From NCBI GenBank assembly GCA_021324255.1, contig JAJPJL010000126.1, positions 29,855 to 93,854 on the forward strand: DNA of 64,000 bases, given 5' to 3'. A model generated the notes under the pieces. That model was given only the letters and a program-made list of their open reading frames with translations. It was not told where the DNA came from and ran no database searches. How positions within the stretch are numbered: position 1 is the first letter of the stretch; every line of letters begins with the position of its first letter. This DNA comes from Bacillota bacterium (GTDB taxonomy: Bacteria > Sysuimicrobiota > Sysuimicrobiia > Sysuimicrobiales > Segetimicrobiaceae). Both the position numbers and the translations under genes were made by a program. Shown here one piece after another: positions 37,538 through 48,630 of this stretch.

Positions 37538-39058
37538 TCAGCGCTGGATCGAGGTATCCTGCAGGAGCTCCAGGGATCCCGTCGGGATGACGCGGAAGCC
37601 CTTGACGTAACTCTGCAGCACCTGTGTCGTGTACGGCGTGTACAAAAACACCGCCGGGGCGTCCGTGACCAGGGCCCGCTGGACGTCATCGTAGATGGGC
37701 TTGCGCTCGGCCACGGCGACGTGAACGCGGCCGCGGTCGAGCAGCTTGTCCACCGCGGGGTCCTTGAAGAGGAAGTTGTTGACGGCGCCCGTGCTGTAGA
37801 ACGTGCGGTACAGGAAGCGGTCGGGGTCTGGATCGCCGCCCCGCAGTTCGACCATCGTGTCGAAATCGCGCTTCACCCAGCGGTTGATGTACGTGCCCCA
37901 TTCCACGTTGTCGATCGTCGGGTTCAATCCCACGGCCCGGAGTTGCGCCTGGATGATCTGCGCCACGGCGAGCCCGCCCTCGTACGTCGGCGAGGCGACG
38001 ATGTTGAACGCGGCGCCGGCCGCGCCGGCCTCCTGGAGCATCTGCTTGGCCTTCGCCGGGTTCGTGTGGTACTCGGGGAACGTGGAGACGGGAAGCGCGT
38101 ACAGTTTGTCGGGCGCCGGGATGGGACCGCTGACCTGGCCGAACCCGAACTCCGCCGCGGCCACAATCGCCTGGCGGTCGATCGCATAGGCGATCGCGTC
38201 GCGCACCTTGGCGTTGGTGAACGGGGGGTGGGTCGTATTGAACGAGAAGATGCGCAGGTTGAGACTCGGGGCCTGCAGCACCTGGAGCGACTTGTCGCCC
38301 TGGGCCTGCTTGATCACGCTGCCGTCCGAGATCGTGGCCATGTCCAGGCTCCGGCTGCGCAGGCCGGCCAGCAGGGATGCCTCTTCGGGCACGATCCGGA
38401 TCACGACCTCATCGACCTTGGGATTGCCGCGCTTGAAGTAGTTCGGGTTCCGCACCAGGCGCATGTAGTTGTCCGGCACCCACTCCGCCAGCATGAACGG
38501 CCCGGTTCCCGCCTCGGTCTTTTGGAGATCGCCGTTCTTGAGCACGGCCGCCCGTTCCACGATCGCGCTGTTGCCGGAGGCGAGGCCGGCGAGGGTGCTG
38601 GCGAGCGGGTACTTGAGGTGGATGCGCACCGTCAACGGATCGACGGCGGTGACCGTGTCCACCGCGTCAAGATACGACCGCGCCGGCGATGCGGTCTTGG
38701 GGTCCAGGATCCGCTGGATCGTGAACACCACGTCGTCCGCGGTCAACGGGGTGCCGTCGTGAAAGCGGACGCCCGGGTGAAGGTGGAAGACGTACGTCCG
38801 GTTGTCCGGCGTGTCCCACGAGCTCGCCAGATCGCCGACGACGTGCAGCCCGGGATCGTACGTCACGAGCTTGTTGTAGAGCAGATCGATCCGGCGGAAC
38901 GAGGAGAACGCCGTGACCTTGTTCGGATCGAGGCCGACGACCTCCTGATCCACGCCGAGCGTCAGCGTCACCTTGGCCGGCGCGGCATACGTCCGAGCCG
39001 CCAGCGGCAGCGCCAGCACGAGCGTCAACACCACGATCAAGAACCGCGTTGCGCGCAT
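37538..39058 (-). CDS. ABC transporter substrate-binding protein, family 5 (DppA/OppA/MppA-like). Candidate muropeptide binder.
   Basis: Signal peptide plus family-5 SBP architecture. It is the first gene of the murein-recycling operon. Confidence 0.8.
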   Translation of the reverse strand: MRATRFLIVVLTLVLALPLAARTYAAPAKVTLTLGVDQEVVGLDPNKVTAFSSFRRIDLLYNKLVTYDPGLHVVGDLASSWDTPDNRTYVFHLHPGVRFHDGTPLTADDVVFTIQRILDPKTASPARSYLDAVDTVTAVDPLTVRIHLKYPLASTLAGLASGNSAIVERAAVLKNGDLQKTEAGTGPFMLAEWVPDNYMRLVRNPNYFKRGNPKVDEVVIRIVPEEASLLAGLRSRSLDMATISDGSVIKQAQGDKSLQVLQAPSLNLRIFSFNTTHPPFTNAKVRDAIAYAIDRQAIVAAAEFGFGQVSGPIPAPDKLYALPVSTFPEYHTNPAKAKQMLQEAGAAGAAFNIVASPTYEGGLAVAQIIQAQLRAVGLNPTIDNVEWGTYINRWVKRDFDTMVELRGGDPDPDRFLYRTFYSTGAVNNFLFKDPAVDKLLDRGRVHVAVAERKPIYDDVQRALVTDAPAVFLYTPYTTQVLQSYVKGFRVIPTGSLELLQDTSIQR

Positions 39059-39193
39059 CGCTCACCCCCGTCGTTGCGTCCCCGGGCCCGGCGCGAGCCG
39101 GATGCCGGGTCGGCCATCGCGTACCTCAGCGTACCAGGCGCCGGCGCATCCCGGAGCGGGCCCCGGCCCGATCGGCCGCCCCGCCGCGCGCCG

Positions 39194-39691
39194 TCACCCC
39201 GTGCCGTGGTGCGCCGGTGCGTCCGGCCGGATGGGCCCCGTCGTCTTCCGGTAGAGCCGTTCCGTGATCCCCCGGCGCACGTAGTTCGGGATCTCGCCGA
39301 TCCGCTCGTATCCCCGCCGCTCGTAGAACCGCGCGGCGGCGTCGTTGCGGGTCCACGTGAGCAAGAACACGTTCGGGCCGTGGGCCAGGATGTCATGCTC
39401 CGCGGCGTCCATCAGCCGCGCCCCCACGCCCCGGCCCTGGACGTCGGCCGCGACGCCGATGGCCCGGACGTAGCCGCTATGATCGAACGTGCCGCGCAGG
39501 TGGTACACGATGAATCCCACGAGGCGACCCTCTGCCTCCGCGACGTGCGCGGACGCGGCGCCGCAGAGCGCCCCGGCGAAGAGCGCCCGGGCGTCATCGC
39601 GGGTCGCCCCGTACGCCCGCCAGAGCGGGAGATCCAGCATGATCGCGATGCACGGCTCGATGTCGGCGTCGCGCAGCGGCCGGATGATCAC
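39194..39691 (-). CDS. GNAT family N-acetyltransferase
   Basis: Acetyl-CoA binding motif (QGRGVGARLM). The GTG at 39691 is preceded by GGAGAAAGG. The longer ORF-track start would collide with the nagA start. Confidence 0.7.
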   Translation of the reverse strand: MIIRPLRDADIEPCIAIMLDLPLWRAYGATRDDARALFAGALCGAASAHVAEAEGRLVGFIVYHLRGTFDHSGYVRAIGVAADVQGRGVGARLMDAAEHDILAHGPNVFLLTWTRNDAAARFYERRGYERIGEIPNYVRRGITERLYRKTTGPIRPDAPAHHGTG

Positions 39692-39770
39692 GCGACACCT
39701 TTCTCCGGCGGGCCGAACGGCGCCTGCCGCCGCAGGAGGCGCGCGCGGCCGGCCTGAAGCAGATCGCGTC

Positions 39771-40925
39771 ATGATCGTCGCCGCCGGCACCATCATCGCC
39801 CGCGAACGGAATCTCAGCCCGGGGTTCGTGCAGATCGACGGCGGACGGATCGTGCGCGTGCGCGGCGGGGAGCCTCCGGCGCCGGATGGAGCGCCGCTGC
39901 TGCGGTTCCCCGACGGCACCGTGATTCCCGGGATGATCGACCTGCAGGTGAACGGCGGCGCGGGCGTGGATTGCGGCCGGTGCGTGCCCGCGGATTACGA
40001 CGTGCTGGGACGGTACCTGGCGGGCACGGGGGTCACGGCGTACCTGCCGACGATCACGAGCGCGCCGCTCGAGGACATGCGCCGCGCCGGCGAGGTCGCG
40101 GCCGGCGCCATGGCCCGCGAGACCGCCCTGCCCGCGATTCTCGGGGTGCATCTCGAGGGGCCGTACCTGAACCCGCTCCGCCGCGGCGCGCATCGCGCCC
40201 AGGACCTCCGCCCGCCGTCGGTGCCGGAAGCGGTCGAGACCCTGCGCCGGCTCTCCGGCGCCGTGCGCGTGGTGACGCTCGCGCCGGAACTCGAGGGCGC
40301 GGAGGCTCTGGTGCGCGCGCTCGCCGAGCGGGAGGTCGTCGTGGCGCTCGGGCACACGGACGCCGGCTACGACGAGATTCGGGCCGCGGCGCAGTGGGGC
40401 GCCAGGCTCGTGACACACGTGTTCAACGCGATGCGCGGCCTCCACCACCGGGAGCCCGGGGCCGCGGGCGGCGCCCTGCTCACGCGCGGCCTCGTGGCGA
40501 GCGTGATCGCGGACGGCATCCACGTGCATCCCGCCATCCTGGGACTGATCGCCCGCGTGGCCGGCCCCGGCCGTATCGCGCTCGTCACGGACGCCATCTC
40601 CGCCGCCGGCATGGAACGGGGCAGCTTTTCGCTCGGCGGGCGGGGCATCGAAGTGCGGGACGGCGTACCGCGCCTGCCCGACGGCACGATTGCCGGCAGC
40701 GTGCTGCAGATGGACCGCGCGGTGCGCACCTTCGCGGCGGCCGCTGAGATCGGCCTGCGCGAGGCGATTCACTCCGCGACGGCCGTGCCGGCGCGGCTGC
40801 TGCGGCTCGCGCGCAAGGGCCAGATCGCCGAAGACTACGACGCCGATCTGGCGGTCCTCGGCCGCGACGGAAGCGTCGCGCTGACGCTCGTGGGCGGGCG
40901 GGTGGCGTATCAGCGCCGGCCGTGA
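39771..40925 (+). CDS. nagA: N-acetylglucosamine-6-phosphate deacetylase
   Basis: Amidohydrolase motifs (GMIDLQVNGGAG; HLEGPYLNP; HTDAGYDE; HVFNAM). About 384 aa. Confidence 0.9.
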   Translation: MIVAAGTIIARERNLSPGFVQIDGGRIVRVRGGEPPAPDGAPLLRFPDGTVIPGMIDLQVNGGAGVDCGRCVPADYDVLGRYLAGTGVTAYLPTITSAPLEDMRRAGEVAAGAMARETALPAILGVHLEGPYLNPLRRGAHRAQDLRPPSVPEAVETLRRLSGAVRVVTLAPELEGAEALVRALAEREVVVALGHTDAGYDEIRAAAQWGARLVTHVFNAMRGLHHREPGAAGGALLTRGLVASVIADGIHVHPAILGLIARVAGPGRIALVTDAISAAGMERGSFSLGGRGIEVRDGVPRLPDGTIAGSVLQMDRAVRTFAAAAEIGLREAIHSATAVPARLLRLARKGQIAEDYDADLAVLGRDGSVALTLVGGRVAYQRRP

Positions 40926-41224
40926 CCTGCTCCCCAAAATCCGAACAATGACGCGGTTTCGCTTGACAACCTACGGGATCTTTGGTAATCGACATTAAAA
41001 CCGAGGGAGTGTGCCTAGGGTTCCGCGGCCCGTAGGGCCGGCCCGGACCGAGCGGCGCAGGCGCCAGCGGGCGCTACACCGTCGGGACAAAAGCCCGAGG
41101 GAGAGGTTCCTCTGAACAGGATCGCTCCCCCGGGTTTTTCTATGTTCGCCCCGGGGAGCCTCCAACCGGCGTGCCAACGGCCGCCCGCCTCGCAGCGGGC
41201 GGCGTGCGTGGGGGGTGGACCGCG

Positions 41225-44200
41225 ATGTCCGGCCTATATGACCCGAGGTTCGAGCACGACTCCTGCGGCGTCGGCTTTGTGGCGACGACCGGCGGACGCA
41301 GCCACGCGCCGCTGTCGATGGCGCTGGAGGCGCTCGCCAACCTCGCGCATCGCGGCGCGGTGTCGGCCGATGGCAAGACCGGGGACGGCGCGGGGGTGCT
41401 CACCCAGCTGCCGTACCGCCTACTGCTGCCCGAGCTGGCTCGGCGCGGCGTGCGGGTCTCCCGGCACAGCGATCTCGGCGTCGCCATGGCGTTCTTGCCC
41501 CGCGAAGACGGCGCGAGGGCGCGGATGCGCGCCCTGGTCGAGGACGCCGTCGCGCGGGAAGGGCTCGTGTTCTTTGGATGGCGTCCGGTCCCGGTCGCAT
41601 CCGGCGCGCTCGGCGCGGAGGCCGAGCGGACCCGGCCCGACATCGCGCAGGCCCTGATCGGCCGCTCCGGCGCGCGCGCCGGCGACGACTTCGAGCGCGC
41701 GCTGTTCCTCGTTCGCAAGGGCGTGGAGCGGCGGCTCGGGGAGGAATCGATCGCGGGCTGCCTGCCGTCGTGCTCGCATCGCACGGTGGTCTACAAGGGC
41801 CTGTGCGTCGCTCCCCAGCTCCGGCGCTTCTATGCCGACCTCCGCGACCCATCGTTCGAGACGGCGCTCGCGGTCTTTCACCAGCGGTACAGCACGAACA
41901 CGTTTCCCAGCTGGCCGCTCGCGCAGCCGTTTCGGCTGCTCGCCCACAACGGCGAGATCAACACGTTGGGGGGCAACGTCAACTGGACCCGCGCGCGGGA
42001 GGCCGACCTGTGCGCGCCGCGCTGGCGAGCGCGGATCCGGGATGTGGTGCCGGTGATCCAGCCGGAGGGCAGCGACAGCGCGATGCTGGACAACGTGCTG
42101 GAACTCCTGGTGCGGTCCGGGCGCGACCTGGTCCACGCGATGATGATGCTGGTGCCGGAGGCCTTCGAGGCGGCGCCGGAGATGGACCCGGGCGTCCGTG
42201 CCTGGTACGAGTATCATGCCGGGTTGTGCGAGCCGTGGGACGGCCCGGCGGCGCTCGCGTTCTCGGACGGCCGCGTGGCCGCGGCCGCGCTCGACCGGAA
42301 CGGCCTCCGCCCCGCGCGGTACGTGATCACACACGACGGCCTGGTGGTCGTGGCGAGCGAGGCGGGCGTGATCGAGCTCGACCCGGGACGCATCGCGGAG
42401 AAGGGGCGGCTCGGCCCGGGCCGGATGATCGCCGTGGACACGGCGGCAGGCCGGATCCTCACGGACGAGGTGATCAAGCGAGAGGCGGCGGAGCGGCGAC
42501 CCTACGCGCCCTGGGTCGCCGCGGCGAGGACGCGCATGGCCGCGGACGACACGCCGCCCGTCCCTGACGATGCCGGGCTGGCCCGGCGGCTCGCGGCGTT
42601 TGGCTACACCGAGGAGGAGCTCCGGCGGATCCACGCGCCGATGTTCCTCGAGGCCAAGGATCCCGTGGGCTCGATGGGCGACGACACGCCGCTCGCCGTG
42701 CTGTCGCCGCGGCCCCGGCTGCTGTACGCGTACTTCAAGCAGCGGTTCGCCCAGGTGACCAACCCGCCGATCGATCCGCTGCGCGAGCGGCTGGTGATGT
42801 CGCTCGTGACCCTGCTCGGCCGCCGCGGCGACTGGCTTGAGGAAACGCCGGACCACGCGCGCCTCGTGGAGATCGCCTCCCCGTTGCTGACCGCGGCCGA
42901 GCTGAGCGCGCTCTCAGCACTTCCGGAGGAAACGCTCCGCGTGCGCACGCTGCCGGCGCTGTTCGCGGCGGCGGGCGGCCCCGGCGGTCTGGAGCGCGCG
43001 CTCGAGCGGCTCTGCGGCGCGGCCGCGCGCGAGGCCGAGGACGGGGCGACGCTCCTCGTGCTCTCCGACCGCGGCACCGATCGGGCGTACGCGCCGATCC
43101 CGATGCTCCTCGCCGTGGGCGCCGTGCACCACGCGCTGATTCGTCGCGGCGTACGGATGCGCGTGAGCCTGATGGCCGAGACCGGGGAGGCGCGGGACGT
43201 CCACCACGTGGCGGCGCTCATCGGGTACGGGGCGAGCGCGGTGTGCCCGTATCTCGCGCACGAGATGATCGCCCGGGAGGCACGCCGGGCCGGCGCGGAT
43301 CCCGCGGTCTACCTCGCCCGGCATCGCGCGGCCATCGAGGCCGGTCTCCTCAAGATCATGTCGAAGATGGGGATCTCCACGGTGTCGAGCTACCACGGCG
43401 CGCAGGCCTTCGAGGCCGTGGGGCTCGACCGGGCGCTCGTCGAGTGCGCGTTCGCGGGCACGCCCTCGCGGCTTGGCGGCATCGGGCTCGGCGAGATCGC
43501 CGACGACGTGCTCGCCCGCCACCGGCGGGCCTACGGCGGCGAGGAGCCGGCCTTGGACGACCCCGGGCTGTTTCGGTTCCGCAAGGACGGCGAGTACCAC
43601 GCGTTCCACCCCAACGTCCTCCGCACGCTCCACCGGCTCGCGCTCGACGGCGGCGACGAGGCGTACCTGGCATACGCGTGGGAGGTCATGCACCGGCCGC
43701 CGACCGCGCTCCGCGACCTCCTGGAATTTCGGGGCGGCGTCCCCATCCCGGTGGAGGACGTGGAGCCCGCCGCGGCGATCGCCCGCCGGTTTGTCGTCTC
43801 GTCGATGTCCCACGGATCGCTGAGCAAGGAGGCGCACGAGACGCTGGCGATCGCGATGAACCGGCTCGGCGCAAAGAGCAGCAGCGGCGAGGGCGGGGAG
43901 GATCCCGACCGGTTCGCGCGGCGCCCGAACGGCGACTGGCCGAACTCGGCGGTCAAGCAGGTGGCGTCGGGGCGGTTCGGCGTCACCCCCGCGTATCTCG
44001 CCGCGGCGCAGGAACTGGAGATCAAGATGGCGCAGGGCAGCAAGCCCGGCGAAGGCGGGCAGATCCCGGGCGCGAAGGTCTCCGAGGAGATCGCGCGGAT
44101 CCGCCACACCCAGCCGGGGATCGCCCTGATCTCGCCGCCGCCGCACCACGACATCTACAGCATCGAAGACCTGGCGCAGCTCATCTACGATCTCAAGCAG

Positions 44201-45676
44201 GGGAACCCGCGCGCCCGGGTGTCCGTCAAGCTGGTGAGCGAGGCCGGCGTGGGCACGATCGCGGCGGGCGTGGCCAAGGCGTACGCCGACACGGTGCACA
44301 TCGCCGGCGCCGACGGCGGGACCGGCGCGTCGCCGCTCGACTCGATCAAGAACGCGGGCGTGCCGTGGGAACTCGGGCTCGCCGAGGCGCAGCAGACGCT
44401 CGTGCGCAACAACCTCCGCGGCCGGGTCAAGCTTCGCGTGGACGGCGGGTTAAAGGCCGCGCGCGACGTGGTCATCGCCGCGCTGCTGGGCGCGGAGGAG
44501 TTCGGCTTCGCCAGCGCCGCGGTCGTGGCGCTCGGCTGCGTCATGGCCCGGCAATGCCATCTCAACACGTGCCCGGTGGGGATCGCCACGCAACGCGCCG
44601 ACCTCCGGGCGAAGTTTCCGGGGACGCCGGAGCGCGTCGTCAACTTCTTCTTGGCCGTCGCCGAGGATGTCCGCCGGATCCTCGCCTCACTCGGCGTCCG
44701 CGGCATCGATGAGATCGTGGGCCGCCCGGACCTGCTGCGCCGCCGCGAGGTCCCGGCGCCCCGCGCCCGCCGGCTGGCCCTGGATGCGCTGCTTGCCGAT
44801 CCGGATCCATCCGGCACCCGGGCCCGGCGCCATCAACAGGAACGAAACGATCGGCCCGGCGAGCCGTACGACGACGCCGTGCTCATTCAGATCGGCGACG
44901 ACCTCGCCGCGGGCCGGCGCGTCGATCGGACCTTCGAGGTGCGCAACGTGCACCGGACCGTGGCGGCCCGCATCGCGTCGGCCATCGCGCACCGGCACGG
45001 CGACGCCGGCCTGCCGGCGGAGACCATCACGCTGCGCTTCGTCGGCAGCGCCGGGCAGTCGTTCGGCGCGTGGTGCGTCACCGGGATGCGGCTGGTCCTC
45101 TACGGCGAGGCCAACGATTACGTCGGGAAAGGCATGGGGGGCGGTGAGATCGTGATCCGGCCGCCCGACGCGCTGCTCGCGCGGGCCCACCGGCACGTCA
45201 TCATGGGCAACACCGTGCTCTACGGGGCGACGGGAGGCCGGCTCTTCGCCGCCGGGCGGGCCGGCGAGCGCTTCGCGGTGCGCAACAGCGGGGCCGTCGC
45301 GGTGGTCGAGGGCGTCGGCGATCACGCCTGTGAATACATGACCGGCGGGGTCGTCGTCGTGCTGGGCGAGACCGGACGCAACTTCGGCGCCGGCATGACG
45401 GGCGGATGCGCGTACGTGCTGGACGAGGGCCACGCCCTGCGGCGCCGGTACAATCCGGGCCACGTCGGCCTCGCGCGCGTCGCGGGAGACGATGCGCGCG
45501 CGCTGCGCGAGCTGATCGCGGCGCACCGGCGTGCAACCGGAAGCGAGCGCGGGGCGGAGATCCTCGCATCGTGGGACCGGTGGCTGCCGGAGTTCTGGAA
45601 GGTGACGCCGCGCGCGGCTCCCACGGCGGACGTGGGCGTGACGCTCTCGCCAAACACACCCGGCGGCCGCGCGTAG
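41225..45676 (+). CDS. gltB: Glutamate synthase large subunit (about 1483 aa, no adjacent small subunit)
   Basis: N-terminal Ntn amidotransferase with the catalytic Cys (HDSCGVGF), an FMN/Fe-S central domain and a C-terminal GXXG-repeat domain. Confidence 0.95.
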   Translation: MSGLYDPRFEHDSCGVGFVATTGGRSHAPLSMALEALANLAHRGAVSADGKTGDGAGVLTQLPYRLLLPELARRGVRVSRHSDLGVAMAFLPREDGARARMRALVEDAVAREGLVFFGWRPVPVASGALGAEAERTRPDIAQALIGRSGARAGDDFERALFLVRKGVERRLGEESIAGCLPSCSHRTVVYKGLCVAPQLRRFYADLRDPSFETALAVFHQRYSTNTFPSWPLAQPFRLLAHNGEINTLGGNVNWTRAREADLCAPRWRARIRDVVPVIQPEGSDSAMLDNVLELLVRSGRDLVHAMMMLVPEAFEAAPEMDPGVRAWYEYHAGLCEPWDGPAALAFSDGRVAAAALDRNGLRPARYVITHDGLVVVASEAGVIELDPGRIAEKGRLGPGRMIAVDTAAGRILTDEVIKREAAERRPYAPWVAAARTRMAADDTPPVPDDAGLARRLAAFGYTEEELRRIHAPMFLEAKDPVGSMGDDTPLAVLSPRPRLLYAYFKQRFAQVTNPPIDPLRERLVMSLVTLLGRRGDWLEETPDHARLVEIASPLLTAAELSALSALPEETLRVRTLPALFAAAGGPGGLERALERLCGAAAREAEDGATLLVLSDRGTDRAYAPIPMLLAVGAVHHALIRRGVRMRVSLMAETGEARDVHHVAALIGYGASAVCPYLAHEMIAREARRAGADPAVYLARHRAAIEAGLLKIMSKMGISTVSSYHGAQAFEAVGLDRALVECAFAGTPSRLGGIGLGEIADDVLARHRRAYGGEEPALDDPGLFRFRKDGEYHAFHPNVLRTLHRLALDGGDEAYLAYAWEVMHRPPTALRDLLEFRGGVPIPVEDVEPAAAIARRFVVSSMSHGSLSKEAHETLAIAMNRLGAKSSSGEGGEDPDRFARRPNGDWPNSAVKQVASGRFGVTPAYLAAAQELEIKMAQGSKPGEGGQIPGAKVSEEIARIRHTQPGIALISPPPHHDIYSIEDLAQLIYDLKQGNPRARVSVKLVSEAGVGTIAAGVAKAYADTVHIAGADGGTGASPLDSIKNAGVPWELGLAEAQQTLVRNNLRGRVKLRVDGGLKAARDVVIAALLGAEEFGFASAAVVALGCVMARQCHLNTCPVGIATQRADLRAKFPGTPERVVNFFLAVAEDVRRILASLGVRGIDEIVGRPDLLRRREVPAPRARRLALDALLADPDPSGTRARRHQQERNDRPGEPYDDAVLIQIGDDLAAGRRVDRTFEVRNVHRTVAARIASAIAHRHGDAGLPAETITLRFVGSAGQSFGAWCVTGMRLVLYGEANDYVGKGMGGGEIVIRPPDALLARAHRHVIMGNTVLYGATGGRLFAAGRAGERFAVRNSGAVAVVEGVGDHACEYMTGGVVVVLGETGRNFGAGMTGGCAYVLDEGHALRRRYNPGHVGLARVAGDDARALRELIAAHRRATGSERGAEILASWDRWLPEFWKVTPRAAPTADVGVTLSPNTPGGRA

Positions 45677-45752
45677 TCGCCGGCGCGCGCTCCCGGCCGG
45701 ACCGTGGTCCGCCGTCCCCGACCGCCCGCCGGGCCGGGGCGCCGCCGCACTG

Positions 45753-45761
45753 TGTTACAAT
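45753..45761 (+). promoter_or_regulatory. Extended -10 promoter element TGtTACAAT
   Basis: Read at 45753-45761. It lies about 38 nt upstream of the GTG at 45799, which carries the SD AAGGAG at 45784-45789. Confidence 0.4.
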
Positions 45762-45798
45762 GAGCGTGGCCAGTTCGAGCGGCAAGGAGTCCGTCGTC

Positions 45799-46701
45799 GT
45801 GACCGCGTTCGACCACCTCACGGGTTTCCTATGCGGCGAAGAAGAGATCGCGGCGGCCTACCTCTACGGGCAGCCGGCCGTGACCCGTACCTGGCCCGAC
45901 TCCGATATCGAGATCGGGATCCTCTTTCGTGAAGGGCTCGGCAACGACGCCATCACGGAATATCTGGAAGGACTCGGGAGCAGCCATCCCCTCGGTGATC
46001 ACCCCGGGATCCTCATGCCGTTTTCGCTCAACGTGCACCTGCTGCCCGTGGTGTACGAGGTGCTGACGTGGGGCTCGCTGCTGGCGGACAACGACCCCGC
46101 GGCGCGCGAAGGCTTTGTCCGGCAGACGAGCGAGCGCCTCGCGCAGGAGCGCCCGCGCCTCTTGGAGGAGGCGCACGAGACGATTCTCAAGGCGCGGGCC
46201 TTTGGGCTCCCGTCCACCGACGACGCCGTCCGTGCGGCCTCGCAGCCGGCCCGGCCGCTCGATCCTGTGCGGGCGGGCTGGCGGCTCGCGCGCGTGCTCA
46301 CGTCGGTGCCCATCCTCGAGATGTTCACGCGCGACGTCGAGGCGGTGGCGCAGGACGCCGAACGGGTGGGGCAGATCATCGGCGTCTTCAGCAACGCCAG
46401 CGGCGCCGCGACGGGCATCGCCAAAGCGCTGCTGACGACGCTCGGCATCGCGCGCCCTCCGCGCCGGTGGGAGGTATTTCTGCCGCTCGCCGACGCCGGC
46501 ATCATCCCCATGGAGCTCGCGCTCCACCTCGCGGCGATGGTGGAAACGCGGTGGACGCTGCTCACGGGCGGCGGCCTCATCGCGCCGGAGCGCGTGATCG
46601 CGCTGATCCGCGGTTACCTGCCGGCCATCATCACGTTCGCGCGGCGGGCGTCGTGGGCGACGGAACTCCCCGGTTTGACGGCGACGCAACGGCTGCACTG
46701 A
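45799..46701 (+). CDS. Hypothetical protein with an N-terminal nucleotidyltransferase-like motif (YGQ...DSDIEIGILF) and a C-terminal helical domain
   Basis: GTG with AAGGAG SD. The ORF-track start at 45406 is rejected, and the in-frame ATG at 45760 coincides with the -10 element. Probably cotranscribed with the downstream STPK (14-nt gap). Confidence 0.45.
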   Translation: MTAFDHLTGFLCGEEEIAAAYLYGQPAVTRTWPDSDIEIGILFREGLGNDAITEYLEGLGSSHPLGDHPGILMPFSLNVHLLPVVYEVLTWGSLLADNDPAAREGFVRQTSERLAQERPRLLEEAHETILKARAFGLPSTDDAVRAASQPARPLDPVRAGWRLARVLTSVPILEMFTRDVEAVAQDAERVGQIIGVFSNASGAATGIAKALLTTLGIARPPRRWEVFLPLADAGIIPMELALHLAAMVETRWTLLTGGGLIAPERVIALIRGYLPAIITFARRASWATELPGLTATQRLH

Positions 46702-46715
46702 GCACGTCCATCCCC

Positions 46716-48332
<1,617 letters not shown>

Positions 48333-48351
48333 CAAGCGGGGAGGAAATCGT

Positions 48352-48630
48352 GTGACCGCAGCGTTGACCGTGACCGTGCAGCCCACGCCGAACGTCAATG
48401 CGCTCAAGTTCGTCGTGAACCGTCAGATGACGGCGGGGCGGAGCCGGACGTTCACCGACGCCCATACGGCGGATGCGCCGCTGGCGCGGGACCTGCTGGG
48501 CATCGCCGGCATCCGGCAGGTCTTCTTTCTCAACGACTTCATCACGATCACGCGCGCGGACGACGCCGATTGGGACGCGATCGTGCCGCAGGTCGAGTCG
48601 TTGATCCGGCGCCACCTGGGCGATGCATAG
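48352..48630 (+). CDS. Nfu/NifU N-terminal domain protein (Fe-S scaffold-associated)
   Basis: Nfu_N-like fold signature (VNALKFVVNRQMT...FFLNDFITI). The GTG is preceded by GGAGGA. Confidence 0.65.
   Translation: MTAALTVTVQPTPNVNALKFVVNRQMTAGRSRTFTDAHTADAPLARDLLGIAGIRQVFFLNDFITITRADDADWDAIVPQVESLIRRHLGDA

Noticed and set aside
39692-39919. Longer start for the GNAT gene (ORF-track entry 39194-39919)
   Set aside because: It would overlap the divergent nagA start codon at 39771. The GTG at 39691, with a GGAGAAAGG SD, yields a typical 166-aa GNAT.
45406-45798. Upstream extension of the NTase-like ORF (and the ATG at 45760)
   Set aside because: The extension overlaps the gltB 3' end in another frame. 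The ATG at 45760 lies inside the -10 hexamer. The GTG at 45799 with AAGGAG is the consistent choice.
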